Assembly (NCBI GenBank): GCA_963749155.1
Contig: CAVVLO010000001.1
Span: forward strand, 640,001 to 704,000
Reading direction: 5' to 3'
DNA: 64,000 nucleotides
From: an uncultured Armatimonadia bacterium
GTDB taxonomy: Bacteria > Armatimonadota > Zipacnadia > CAVVLO01
Shown here: in pieces, positions 45,632 to 55,823 of the stretch
Position numbering within the stretch: position 1 is the stretch's first letter
Layout of the letters: every line of letters starts with the position of its first letter
Notes under the pieces: generated by a model
Told to the model about the DNA's origin: nothing
Seen by the model: only the letters and a program-made list of their open reading frames with translations
Database searches by the model: none
Program-made: the position numbers and the translations under genes

Positions 45632-46639
45632 TCACTCCACTTGTCCGCCCAGGCTGAATATCAACGCCAGGGCGACTGCATACAGACCGATTGATAGAAC
45701 CGCAAGCGCCCCGCCCCAGCGCCATCTGCTTCCCAGGCTGGTAGCGAGTAGATGGCGCACGCTCATCAGTAAGAAGGTCATCACTACTACACAACCTACT
45801 GTCGCCAGATTGGCCACCGAGGCTCTTGCAAGCAGAGAGCCCTCAAAAGCCAGGTCGGCCACCACCAGCATCACCATATTGAGCGCGTTGCTGCCCAGGT
45901 AGTTGCCGATAGCCATATCGAGCAGCCCCATCCTGGCGGCTGCGAGGCCAGCGGCAAGCTCCGGCAGGCTGGTCACCAGCGCCATCAGCAGCGTGCCAAC
46001 AAAAGTTTCGCCAAGCCCAGTCTGAGTCGCAATCATCTCGGCTGATGAAACCAGATAGTTCATCGCCAGAGCAATTACCAGACCAAGTCCAACCATCTCA
46101 AGCAGCAGCTTCCAGGTACGCGTAAACTGCTGACGCAGCCCAGGGGCAGGATGAGCGCCATCTCTAGAATATTCACCGCGCGACTGTAAATAACTGCCAC
46201 CAAGATAAAGGACTAGAAGAAGCCACAGCGGCCAGGAGGCTCTAAGCAACTCTGAAGCAGGAGCAACCAGCAAGCCGAGGCCCGTAAGGCTAATCATTGC
46301 CAGAGAGAGCCAGGCAGAGGGCCAGACCAGGCTCGCAGGCCCGATGCTGGGACGCATCCGTATAGCATAAAGCAAAGTAATAGCCATCAAGGTGAGGTTG
46401 CACAGATTGCTGCCTACGAGGCTCCCAACCGCAAGGTCAGGCAGACCTCGATGGCCTGTTTGCCAGGCGCCAAGGAATTCGGGCAGCGAGGTTATAGCCG
46501 CAAGCGCTGTGGCTCCAACCCAGACTCGCGAAAGGCCTGTCGCCTCCGCAAGTCGGTCAGCCAGTTTGGTTAACCCTACGGCCGTCAGCGCAATTACCAG
46601 GCCAGAAAGGGTAAAGACGAGAAAAGCCACAGCCTTCAC
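45632..46639 (-). CDS. Na+/Ca2+ exchanger (CaCA) family protein
   Basis: Two alpha-repeats: TSLPE...GSN twice. Confidence 0.9.
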   Translation of the reverse strand: MKAVAFLVFTLSGLVIALTAVGLTKLADRLAEATGLSRVWVGATALAAITSLPEFLGAWQTGHRGLPDLAVGSLVGSNLCNLTLMAITLLYAIRMRPSIGPASLVWPSAWLSLAMISLTGLGLLVAPASELLRASWPLWLLLVLYLGGSYLQSRGEYSRDGAHPAPGLRQQFTRTWKLLLEMVGLGLVIALAMNYLVSSAEMIATQTGLGETFVGTLLMALVTSLPELAAGLAAARMGLLDMAIGNYLGSNALNMVMLVVADLAFEGSLLARASVANLATVGCVVVMTFLLMSVRHLLATSLGSRWRWGGALAVLSIGLYAVALALIFSLGGQVE

Positions 46640-46647
46640 CAGCCGAC

Positions 46648-46711
46648 AGGATAACTTGACAGCTCTGGAGGGTCAAGCAAATTGAGTCATCCGGACCCTC
46701 TATGTTACACT
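46648..46711. promoter_or_regulatory. Back-to-back sigma70-like promoters
   Basis: Minus strand TTGACC-N17-TATCCT (46676-46648); plus strand TTGAGT-N18-TACACT with extended TG (46682-46711). Confidence 0.6.
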
Positions 46712-46765
46712 CCCCGAGGCGATAGCCTGCCAAAGGCTGACGAGGCACTTCCCCTTAAAAACGAA

Positions 46766-48832
46766 ATGAGAGCATCTGAACTCGACCGGCCAAAATTGCT
46801 TGCGAAGCTGATACGGTATTTTCACACCTCCGATTATGTCGGGGGAATTGCTCTGGCGGTCGCTATCGGGCTAGTTGCGGGATTTGGTGGAGTAGCTCTT
46901 ACCCTGCTCATCCGACAGTTGCGCAGTTGGTTCTTCGACGGCGGCGCCAACGTGTTTTGGTTCCTTGGCGATTACTACGTTGTGCTTATCCCCGCTCTTG
47001 GAGGACTGCTGGTCGGTCCGATAGTCCATTTTGTATCACCCGAGACGCGAGGGCATGGCGTCCCCGAGGTTATCCAGGCTATCCAGACCGCCGGGGGCCG
47101 GATGCGCGCTCGCGTGGCCGGGGTCAAAGTGCTGGCTTCGGCGATCACTATCGGTTCGGGCGGCTCGGCGGGAAGAGAAGGTCCTATTGTTCAGGTGGGC
47201 GCCACAATTGGCTCTGTGCTTGGCCAGGGATTGCAACTTCCGGCCCAGCGACTTGCTACACTGGCTGCGTGCGGCGCTGCGGGAGGCATCTCGGCAGCCT
47301 TCAATGCTCCTGTTGGCGGCGCACTTTTTGCAATGGAGGTTATCCTTGGCGACTGGAGCGCCGATGCGTTCGGGCTTGTTGTCATCGCATCTGTAGCTGC
47401 CTCTGTCGTATCGCGTGTTTATTTGGGCGCCGCTCCCGCCTTCGCTGTACCCACCTATGAATTCAACGCCAGCCACTGGTGGGAGTTGAGCCTATACTTA
47501 CTGCTAGGGGTCTTTGCCGGTGTCGCTGCCAAGCTGTATATCTGGCTTCTCTACTCGGCCGAGGACGCTTTCGATACGATAAAGTGCTTGCCAAGATGGC
47601 TTACGCCGGCACTTGGCGGGCTGCTGGTGGGCATCCTTGCCTTAGTGGTGCCCCAGGCGCTGGGCACTGGTTATGAAGAGGTTTCTGACGCCCTGCAGGG
47701 CAACATCGCCTGGCAGCTTGCCCTTCTTTTCGTCGCCGCCAAACTCATCGCTACCGCCTTCACCCTGGGCTCGGGCGGATCGGGAGGCGTCTTTGCTCCG
47801 GGCTTCTACATCGGCGCCATGCTCGGCTGTGCTTTCGGAAAACTAGCCAACCTGCTGCTGCCAGGTATGGTATCGCCTCCGGGCGCTTATGCGCTTGTGG
47901 GAATGGGCTCAGTCTTCGGAGCCGCTGCCCACGCCCCGCTCACCAATGTGATCATGCTGTTCGAGATGTCGGGCGACTACAGTATGATCCTGCCGATGAT
48001 GGTAGGTGTCGTTGTCAGCACTCTCGTGCTGCGTAGTTTCAGCTTTGAAAGTATCTATACGTTGAAGCTCTCTCGGCGCGGAATCCACCTTGGGGTAAAG
48101 AAAGCCAACCCGATGCAACTGCTGACAGTTGCCGAGACGATGAGCGCTGACACTCCCACCCTTTTACCTGTGACCAGTGTGGAAGAAGCCGCTCAGCGCT
48201 TCCTCTCGACCTCCTTCACCGCCTTCCCGCTGGTTGATGGCGCGGGCGATCTGGTGGGCATCATCACCCACGGCGACGTCGAGAAACCTGTCCTGGCCGG
48301 CAATACCCAATTGCCTATTGGATTGCTTAGCACAGCTAAAGTCATCACCTGCTTCCCGGATGAGAACCTGGAGCTGGTCCTCTCTCGTATGGCTGCCAAC
48401 TCGATTTCGCGGCTTGTAGTCGTTGACAGGCTGAACCCCACCAAACCACTCGGGATGATCACAAGGAAGGACATCGTCGCGGCTTATTCGAGATCGATGA
48501 AGGAGCTATCACATATCCATCCCAGGCTTCGACGCAGGATTGCAGGACAGGCGGAGACGCGCGTGCTGGAGTTTGGCATCGGGCGTGATTCGCCCCTGGC
48601 CGGCCAGTGCCTGGCTGATCTGGCTCTGCCGGAGGGGTGCCTGATGGTACTCGTCGAGCGCGGCCGGCAGATCATAATCCCGCGTGGAGAGCTGCGCCTT
48701 GAGGTAGGAGACCACGTCACGATGGTGGCTCTGCGCCATGCAGCCGAACTATTGCTGGCTAAACTCCGCAGGGGAGAGGGTTTCCTGCGCGAGCCGAAAG
48801 TGTCTCCGCTTAAAGAATCGCCCGAGCCTTGA
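46766..48832 (+). CDS. ClC chloride channel family protein with CBS pair and TrkA-C domain
   Basis: GHGVP, GREGP, FNAP, GGVFAP, SIYT; CBS pair; SPLAG...IPRG RCK-C tail. Confidence 0.92.
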   Translation: MRASELDRPKLLAKLIRYFHTSDYVGGIALAVAIGLVAGFGGVALTLLIRQLRSWFFDGGANVFWFLGDYYVVLIPALGGLLVGPIVHFVSPETRGHGVPEVIQAIQTAGGRMRARVAGVKVLASAITIGSGGSAGREGPIVQVGATIGSVLGQGLQLPAQRLATLAACGAAGGISAAFNAPVGGALFAMEVILGDWSADAFGLVVIASVAASVVSRVYLGAAPAFAVPTYEFNASHWWELSLYLLLGVFAGVAAKLYIWLLYSAEDAFDTIKCLPRWLTPALGGLLVGILALVVPQALGTGYEEVSDALQGNIAWQLALLFVAAKLIATAFTLGSGGSGGVFAPGFYIGAMLGCAFGKLANLLLPGMVSPPGAYALVGMGSVFGAAAHAPLTNVIMLFEMSGDYSMILPMMVGVVVSTLVLRSFSFESIYTLKLSRRGIHLGVKKANPMQLLTVAETMSADTPTLLPVTSVEEAAQRFLSTSFTAFPLVDGAGDLVGIITHGDVEKPVLAGNTQLPIGLLSTAKVITCFPDENLELVLSRMAANSISRLVVVDRLNPTKPLGMITRKDIVAAYSRSMKELSHIHPRLRRRIAGQAETRVLEFGIGRDSPLAGQCLADLALPEGCLMVLVERGRQIIIPRGELRLEVGDHVTMVALRHAAELLLAKLRRGEGFLREPKVSPLKESPEP

Positions 48833-48870
48833 AGCGACCCGGGCGACTGACATCAGGTAGGGGAAAAAGC

Positions 48871-50529
48871 CTACATTTGCTCTGGCGCTGATACCCCGAT
48901 TAACGCGAGTACCTGTCGCAGCACCGCTTTGGTAGCGCGCGCAAGGCCAAAGCGCCCAGTGCGCAGCTCCGGCTCGGCAGGGAGGATTGGGCACTGCTGG
49001 TAGAACCGATGGAAAGCATCCGCCACTGCCAGCGAATAATGCGTCAGCCTGTGAGGCGTAAACAACCGGGTAGCGTCCTCTATCAGTATGGGCAGCTCGA
49101 GCAGCAGCTTCATCAGCGCCAGCTCGGAGGGCTCCCTCAGCAGGGAGAGTTGCTCAAGGGTTGCCTCTTCAATCGCGATGCCCCGGTTGCCCGCTTCCTT
49201 CTCCAGGCTGCACAGCCGCGCATGCGCATACTGCACATAGTAAACGGGATTCTCGTCCGACTGTTTGCGCGCAAGGGCCAGGTCGAAATCAAGATGAGAA
49301 TCGGCTGCCCTCATCAGGAAGAAGAAGCGCGTCGCATCCGCCCCGATATCTTCAAGCACCGAGGCCATAGACACCAGGTCGCCAGCCCGCTTGGACATCT
49401 TAACCATCTCGCCGCCATCAAAAAGCCGCACAATCTGGTAGATCAGGAAGTGAAGCTTTGCCGCCTCGAAGCCAAGCGCCGCTATACCAGCTTCAACCCG
49501 CTGGGTATAGCCATGATGGTGAGGGCCCCAGACATCCACCAGCAAGTCATAGCCCCGCTCGAACTTGTCCATGTGATATGCGAGGTCAGCGGCAATATAG
49601 GCAGGGCGACCATCCTGCCTCACCAGTACCCGGTCCTTGTCATCGCCGAAGTGGGTGCTCTTTAGCCACAGCGCCCCGTCCAGTTCATAGGTCCACCCGG
49701 AGGCCTTGAGCCGGTCTACGACGACTTCCAAAGCGCCTTCATCATAAAGCGATTGCTCGCGATACCACCGGTCGAAATTTATGCCAAAGGCGGAAAGATC
49801 GATCACCTGCTGGTCAACGAGAGTCTTCCGCGACAGTTCCTGAAACCTGCGATGGCACTCGGCTTCGGGCAAATCGAGCAAGCCAGGGCCGTGCTCCTCC
49901 AGTAGCTGTTGGGCAAGTTCGGTTATATAGTCACCCTGGTAGCCTTTCTCGGGAAACTCGACTTCCTGCCCCAGCAACTGGCGGTAGCGCGCCTGGACCG
50001 ACTGGCCCAGCATCGTCATCTGAGTGCCATCCCAGGCGTCGTTTATGTAGTATTCCCGGTCCACCTGCCAGCCTGTAGCTTCGAGCAGATTGCAGAGCGC
50101 ATCGCCGACAGCCCCTCCCCGGGCGTTGCCCATATGCACCGGACCCGTGGGGTTGGCGCTGACATATTCCACATTGGCCCTCTTGCCAGCGTTCGCGCTG
50201 CTGCGTCCAAACTGCTCGGGCGCGGCAAGTACTTCCTGCAATCCCTGGGCGTAATGAGTCTGAGCGATGTAGAAATTGATAAAGCCAGGCCCAGCCAGCT
50301 CCAGTCGGTCCAGCAGCCCTTCAGGTAGCCCAAGGGCTGCCACAAGAGATTCGGCTACCTGCCTGGGCGCCTTCTTGACCTCTCTGGCAAGTTGCATTGC
50401 GATATTGGTCGAGAAATCTCCCAGCTTGGGATCGGGGGTAGAGAGGATCTCCGGGGCTGACTCGAGCCCATATACTTCTTTGACGGCGGCCTCGAGAGCC
50501 ACCGCCAGTATTGATTTTACGTCCAGCAT
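48871..50529 (-). CDS. argS: Arginine--tRNA ligase
   Basis: EYVSANPTGPVHMGNARG, KMSKRAG, NPVYYVQYAHAR. Confidence 0.98.
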   Translation of the reverse strand: MLDVKSILAVALEAAVKEVYGLESAPEILSTPDPKLGDFSTNIAMQLAREVKKAPRQVAESLVAALGLPEGLLDRLELAGPGFINFYIAQTHYAQGLQEVLAAPEQFGRSSANAGKRANVEYVSANPTGPVHMGNARGGAVGDALCNLLEATGWQVDREYYINDAWDGTQMTMLGQSVQARYRQLLGQEVEFPEKGYQGDYITELAQQLLEEHGPGLLDLPEAECHRRFQELSRKTLVDQQVIDLSAFGINFDRWYREQSLYDEGALEVVVDRLKASGWTYELDGALWLKSTHFGDDKDRVLVRQDGRPAYIAADLAYHMDKFERGYDLLVDVWGPHHHGYTQRVEAGIAALGFEAAKLHFLIYQIVRLFDGGEMVKMSKRAGDLVSMASVLEDIGADATRFFFLMRAADSHLDFDLALARKQSDENPVYYVQYAHARLCSLEKEAGNRGIAIEEATLEQLSLLREPSELALMKLLLELPILIEDATRLFTPHRLTHYSLAVADAFHRFYQQCPILPAEPELRTGRFGLARATKAVLRQVLALIGVSAPEQM

Positions 50530-50558
50530 ATAACGCTCCCTTTTTCTCAGGCCAGCGC

Positions 50559-51734
50559 TTAAGGCGCCAGCATCATCGCTAGGAGGCGGTCAAGTCCTTT
50601 AAGGGCCATATCCGCCAGGATCATCATAAGTGAGCCGCCCACCACTACCTGGGGCAAGCCTCGGTTCCAGATTTGAGCAAAGAATTTCGCTTTCTTGTTG
50701 CCCTCGCGCTGATACCTGTCCGTCAGCTCTTCGGCTGCCTTGATTGCCGAAAGGAGCTGTTCGTCGGTCGGCTCCTTCGTCGTCAGGTATTTCTGTACCA
50801 TCGAACCAAGCCGGCGCCAGGACAGCAGCGCCACCACGGCATAAAGGAGAGGCGCCAGCGGATGCCACTCTATCAGACTCGACAGTCCCAGTACGAACAC
50901 CGAGACCAGCGCGAACAGGGCAACCAGGTTGGTGCCGCATCGTCGGTGTACGGGCGTGAAAGGCCTTATTGCCTCTACCGTCAGGGGCATGCCGTGCTCG
51001 AGCGCCGTGACGGTCTTGTGTTCGGCGCCGTGAAAACCTGCCAGAGGTGTAAACCTCATAAGCACAAGGAAGAGGGCTGCCATCGCAAGCTCGAGGCCCA
51101 TCAACCAGGCTCCCTGGTTTGGGAAGGTGTTTGTGTCATAGGCAACAAACACCTCGGCCAGCTGAGTGCCAAGCGCCTTGTCCAGCAGGAAGAGCGCTGC
51201 GAGAAGCAGCAGATAGCTGAGGAGGAAAAGCCCGGACAGCATAACTCCTGTAAGCACGAGCGCCAGGTCGCCAGGGCCGCCGCTTCGGCTGCCGTCGGTC
51301 AGGTGCACCCCGAGTGGAGTTGCCATCCCGCCCATCCGGCGCGGGCGGTAAGTGCCCGAAACCAGATGCAGCCAGGTAGACTTGAGTACCGCGCCCTGGA
51401 GCCGGCCCTGTTCATCGCGCACCGGCACGAACTGCACTTCCGGCTGGCGGAAATAAGAAGCCAGCTCGCGCGCTGGCAGAGTGCTTTCTACTGGTCCGGG
51501 CGCCATTGCCTGAGCATCCCAGGCCTTTAACTCGCCTTTTGGCGCGCCTTCAGGCGCATTAAGGGTGGCGTTGAAGGCGGATTGTTCCGTAATGAAGCCA
51601 ACCAGATGCCCTTCGCGCACAAGCGCCACCACTGAGACTCCCTCTTGGCGCATCTCATAAAGCGCTTGCCCAAGCGTGGCGTCCGCCTCTACCTGAGGCA
51701 GCCGTTTGGCCAGATTGCCTGCGGTGAGTTCCAT
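50559..51734 (-). CDS. CBS-pair + DUF1385 fusion membrane protein
   Basis: N-terminal CBS-like repeats; [26 protein letters not shown]. Confidence 0.78.
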   Translation of the reverse strand: MELTAGNLAKRLPQVEADATLGQALYEMRQEGVSVVALVREGHLVGFITEQSAFNATLNAPEGAPKGELKAWDAQAMAPGPVESTLPARELASYFRQPEVQFVPVRDEQGRLQGAVLKSTWLHLVSGTYRPRRMGGMATPLGVHLTDGSRSGGPGDLALVLTGVMLSGLFLLSYLLLLAALFLLDKALGTQLAEVFVAYDTNTFPNQGAWLMGLELAMAALFLVLMRFTPLAGFHGAEHKTVTALEHGMPLTVEAIRPFTPVHRRCGTNLVALFALVSVFVLGLSSLIEWHPLAPLLYAVVALLSWRRLGSMVQKYLTTKEPTDEQLLSAIKAAEELTDRYQREGNKKAKFFAQIWNRGLPQVVVGGSLMMILADMALKGLDRLLAMMLAP

Positions 51735-51752
51735 TGTGTGGGAGAGTATCCC

Positions 51753-51781
51753 TTGCAGCCTCCTCGACCCTCTGCTATACT
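51753..51781 (+). promoter_or_regulatory. Sigma70-like promoter of rpmB
   Basis: TTGCAG-N17-TATACT with extended TG. Confidence 0.65.
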
Positions 51782-51848
51782 TCCGCCGGCAAGTTTGCCA
51801 GAGTTTGGCGTCGGGCGCCAGCCCGCGATGTTCCCGGAGGACGTAATC

Positions 51849-52040
51849 ATGGCCAAGAAGTGTTTTGTCTGCGGTAAGGGCCCGATGGCCGGGAATAATG
51901 TCAGCCATTCACAGCGCCACACCGTGCGCCGGTTTTTGCCCAACCTGCAGTCGGTAAAAATTTCCTTCAAGGGCACCCCAAAGCGTGTCCGGGTCTGCAC
52001 CAGTTGCATCAAGGCTGGCAAGGTTGAGCGCGTAGCCTGA
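51849..52040 (+). CDS. rpmB: 50S ribosomal protein L28 (Zn-ribbon form)
   Basis: [10 protein letters not shown]...GNNVSHS...PNLQ...VCTSCIK; SD GGAGG. Confidence 0.96.
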   Translation: MAKKCFVCGKGPMAGNNVSHSQRHTVRRFLPNLQSVKISFKGTPKRVRVCTSCIKAGKVERVA

Positions 52041-52059
52041 AGCCTAAATCCATCTAAGG

Positions 52060-52098
52060 AAAAGCACCGGTTGCTCAGGCTGCCGGTGTTTTTACTTT
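52060..52098 (+). terminator. Intrinsic terminator after rpmB
   Basis: AAAAGCACCGG...CCGGTGTTTTT. Confidence 0.8.
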
Positions 52099-52132
52099 AT
52101 TGTGATGCTTCAGCAGGTTATCTTTTGCCGGT

Positions 52133-54833
52133 TTGTGTGGTGTAATAACAGATAACCTGGCCGTTATATCTGCAAGAAAAGGGCCCGTGGGGGAGCGCCC
52201 CAATTTGCTGGATGTGACCTTGTCCTATCTGGTTGCGGTTGCCTTATCTCTGCTGCTCGCGGCGATCTATCTCCTGCGAGCCAAACTGGGTCTTGTCCCC
52301 TTCTTGTTCATCTCTGGCGCGATTGAGTTAGCTGTCCTCACCACCTTCGGCGAGGGAGAAAGCCTCGATAGCAGCGCGCTTATCTTCCTGCCTGTTTTCC
52401 TTAGTGGCTTGCTGCTGTTTCTTGCGGGTGAACCTGCGGCTATCTCTCAGCAGTTATTGATGGCGGTTGGATTGCTCGGGGTAATCGCGGTGGGGGCTGA
52501 CCTTTGGGTAGATACTGCCAGTAAAGATGGCTTTATCGCGATGTTGCACTCACTGCCTCAGCGCGCGCATATCTTCTTGTTGCTGACCCCCCTGACCGCG
52601 CTTCTGGCTTATTCGGTAGCCTGGCATTTATTTCAAAAACTGCCCATCTTGCCTCTGGTTGCCGGGCTAGGCGCTGGATTAGCCTGTAGTCTGACCTGGC
52701 TGGTTGTGCATCTGCCACAGCAACTCCCTGACGCTGCCCAGCCAACCTGGCAGTTGTTGCTGCTCACTTTTGGAGCAGGCTTCTGTCCTTCTGTTATCGT
52801 AGCGATTTTTGCACGAGGTTTTCTTGCAAGGCGAGTTGGGGCTGGACTGCCCCCACCCCCCCAGGATTTGCTTGATATTGCTTTGCAGAAAAAGGCCCGG
52901 CTCGAAGGCCTTACCGTAGACAGCCAAAAACAGCCTGCGGTTGCCGCAGTCCTGGCTGAAGGGATGGCGCTTACAGATAAGGAAGGCCAACTCGTTTATG
53001 TAAATGGCCCTTTCCAGAGCCTTTTTGCGAAGGCTGAAGATGCCTTGCTGGGCCAGAAGGTTGCTGATCTGGTTACTCCCCGCTGGCAGGACACCGTCAC
53101 TTCGGCTCTGGCTTCGCTGATGGCAGGTTCGCTTAACCATATTGTCCTGACCGTTGAACTGGCCGATGGCGATGAGCCACGCTGGATAGAGCTCAGTGTT
53201 GTGCTCGCCGGGCCTGAACTCGCCCGGCAAGGTTTCTGCCTGTGGCTCGCCCAGGATATCACTGATCGCCAGCAGCTGAACTCCCAACTCGTTCGCTCCA
53301 ACTACGAACTCACGACTATCACGGGGTTACTCGCCGCGCTGCTCAATTCAACCGACAGCCACTATATGATTGTGAATGCTACCAAGCAGCTCGCCCAGCT
53401 ACTTGGGGGCGATTTTTGCGGTTTTTACCGAGTCGACTGGCTTGAAGGACTGCTTACCCTTGAATGGGAGCAAGGCCATACTCCAGAGGTTGTGGAAATC
53501 GTAAAGGAGATCCGGCTTGGAGAAGGTTTTTCTGGCTGGGTGGCTGCAACCAGTACCCCTGTCGTCATCGGCGACATAGTAACCCACCGCAAGCTTGTCA
53601 CGCCTTTGCTTGCCAAGAGTGGCATCCACAGTTATGCAGGGGCTCCTTGTGTATATGGGGGCAGATGCTTAGGCGTAATTTTCGTTTCCAGCCTGCGACC
53701 TAATGCGTTTAACTCGGTAGGTCAGGACTTGCTGCAGCGGCTTGGAGAGCTGGTTGGCCCAGTACTCCATCGAGCCGAACAGCTCGAGGCTCGTTCTGCA
53801 CAACTTGCCGATCTGACAGTCGCGCTCGAAGAATGTGGTAAGGGCGTCCTATTGCTTGACGGCCATCTGCGCGTGCTCTACGCCTCTGAGGAAGTCGCTG
53901 GCTTGCTGAATATACCGGTGTCTGAACTGACAGGCAGCTCGGTGCGCTCTATCGAGTTGCATAGCCTGGGAGAGAAGGTTGCCACTCTGGCTCAACATGC
54001 CCTGGAGTCCGAGGGAGAGACCAATGGCCGGTGGCAATTTGGCCGCCCTGTACAAAATTACCGGCTTACCTGCAAGCCTGTTGGCTCTGTCGACCGGCAA
54101 CGCGTCCTGGTACAACTGACCCTCGCTGATCAGCCTTACCAGACGGCTGCTCCCCCTGAGGGTATCCAGCGCATGGCAGTCATATCGTATTTCAGCGCCA
54201 GCATCGAGCATGAGTTAAACAACCTGCTCGGGCCACTCCAGTTGCGCCTGGAGCTGCTTGATGCGCGCGAGGAACTATCGCCCGAAGCCATCGAGGATGT
54301 AGAAGAAGCCCTCGCCAGTGTCGAAGACCTGAAGGCTTTCCTGGCCGAGCTAGGCGCTTTGATGCGGCGCGATGGCCTGCAACCTGGAGCCAGTGAATCT
54401 CGCGGATGTCGCCCGGGCGGTGCTGCTGCTTTGTGGGGCGGAAGCCCGGCGTATGCAGGTTTCTCTTAAGCTGGAGGTACCTGATGATCTGCCACCGGCT
54501 AACGCTGACCCCCTGGCCTTGCAGGAGTTGCTACTCAACCTGGTCTCCAATGCTTTCGATGCGATGCCCGAGGGAGGAACTCTTACCGTACTCGGTCAAG
54601 AAACGGGAGAGTGGGTGCAACTCCTGGTTAGCGATACTGGGCAAGGCATCGCCCCTGAACATCAGGCTTTTATTTTTGAGCCCTATTTCAGCACAAAGGG
54701 CCAGCAAGCTACCGGCCTTGGCCTTCACGTCTGCGCCCGACTGGCCGAGGAGATGGGCGGACGTCTAAGCCTCGAAGGCGCGCCGGGCGAAGGCGCTACT
54801 GCCCTTCTTAGCCTTCCGAAGGCCCTTCCCTAG
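52133..54833 (+). CDS. Membrane sensor histidine kinase (TM-PAS-GAF-PAS-HisKA-HATPase); start uncertain; frameshift near 54370
   Basis: EHELNNLL, NLVSNAFDAM, DTGQGI, FEPYFSTK, GLGL; GEGFSGWVA (GAF). Confidence 0.85.
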
Positions 54834-54841
54834 TCCCCTTC

Positions 54842-54870
54842 TTGACACTGCAGACCACCGGTTGTATACT
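54842..54870 (+). promoter_or_regulatory. Sigma70-like promoter
   Basis: TTGACA-N17-TATACT. Confidence 0.8.
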
Positions 54871-54917
54871 CCGGACCAGCGCCACACGACCGACACCAAG
54901 GAGGTGGGCGGCGCCTA

Positions 54918-55745
54918 ATGAATTTACGAACAACCTTGATAACAGGCTTACTCGTCCTCATGGCGGGTACTCTATATATGGCGTTCGCTTCAGATAGTCC
55001 CACAGTTACACCTCAGGTATCACCTCCCTTTACCTTCACTCTGCTGGCCGATGGCTGCGAAGTTTGCGTGCCTGCCGTTGGCGCCACGCTGGCTGATGCT
55101 CTTGATGCCGCGGGGATTGCTGTTGGGAAGCTGGACCGGATTAGCCTGCCAGAGACCACAAATCTCAAGCCAGGCCTGAAGGTAGAGATTACCCGGGTAA
55201 GCTGTACCGAGGTAAAACAGTACCAGGTACTGCCTTTCGAGACCCTTTATAAGGACTCGCGTGACCTGCGCCCAGGCGAGGTAAAAGTTGAGCAGCAAGG
55301 CAAGCCTGGGCTCCTCGAGACCGTCCGCGAGGTCTGGACCAAGAACGGCCAGGTTACCCTTAGCAAGGTCACTGGTGGGAAGGTCCTTACCCAGCCAGAA
55401 AGTCGTATCGTGCTGCGCGGCGCTCGGACCGACCTTTCCTCGCGTGGCTTCGACCGGAGCAGGCGCGTTGTCAGGATGACGGCCACCGCTTATTCGGCTT
55501 CACCAAGTCAGAATGGCGGCTGGAGTCGCACCGCAACAGGCCTCAAGCCTCGCAAGGGCATTGTAGCCGTCGATCCGCGAGTCATCCCCCTTGGCACACA
55601 GCTTTATATCGAAGGGTATGGCTATGCCCTGGCCGCTGATACGGGCGGCGCCATCAAGGGCAACCGCATCGATTTGTGCTTCCAGACCAATGCCGAGTGC
55701 ATCCGGTTCGGCCGGCGCACTGTCACAGTGCACATACTCGACTAG
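54918..55745 (+). CDS. YabE-like DUF348-G5-3D domain cell-wall protein
   Basis: MTATAYS, VAVDPRVIPLG, AADTGGAIKGNRIDL; G5-like segment. Confidence 0.9.
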   Translation: MNLRTTLITGLLVLMAGTLYMAFASDSPTVTPQVSPPFTFTLLADGCEVCVPAVGATLADALDAAGIAVGKLDRISLPETTNLKPGLKVEITRVSCTEVKQYQVLPFETLYKDSRDLRPGEVKVEQQGKPGLLETVREVWTKNGQVTLSKVTGGKVLTQPESRIVLRGARTDLSSRGFDRSRRVVRMTATAYSASPSQNGGWSRTATGLKPRKGIVAVDPRVIPLGTQLYIEGYGYALAADTGGAIKGNRIDLCFQTNAECIRFGRRTVTVHILD

Positions 55746-55769
55746 GCAGCCTTGAAATCCAGCCCAATC

Positions 55770-55800
55770 AGCCCGGCGCTCAGGCGTCGGGCTTTTCTTT
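55770..55800 (+). terminator. Intrinsic terminator
   Basis: AGCCCGGCGC-TCAG-GCGTCGGGCT-TTTCTTT. Confidence 0.75.
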
Positions 55801-55823
55801 GGGAGAGGCGTTATAATTGGCCC

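Noticed and set aside
54871..54917. c-di-AMP (ydaO) riboswitch before the 3D-domain gene
   Set aside because: Leader is under 50 nt from the predicted promoter; consensus absent
52060..55800. Two terminators share a GC-TCAG-GC loop
   Set aside because: Only two short instances with different stems; insufficient to call a repeat family
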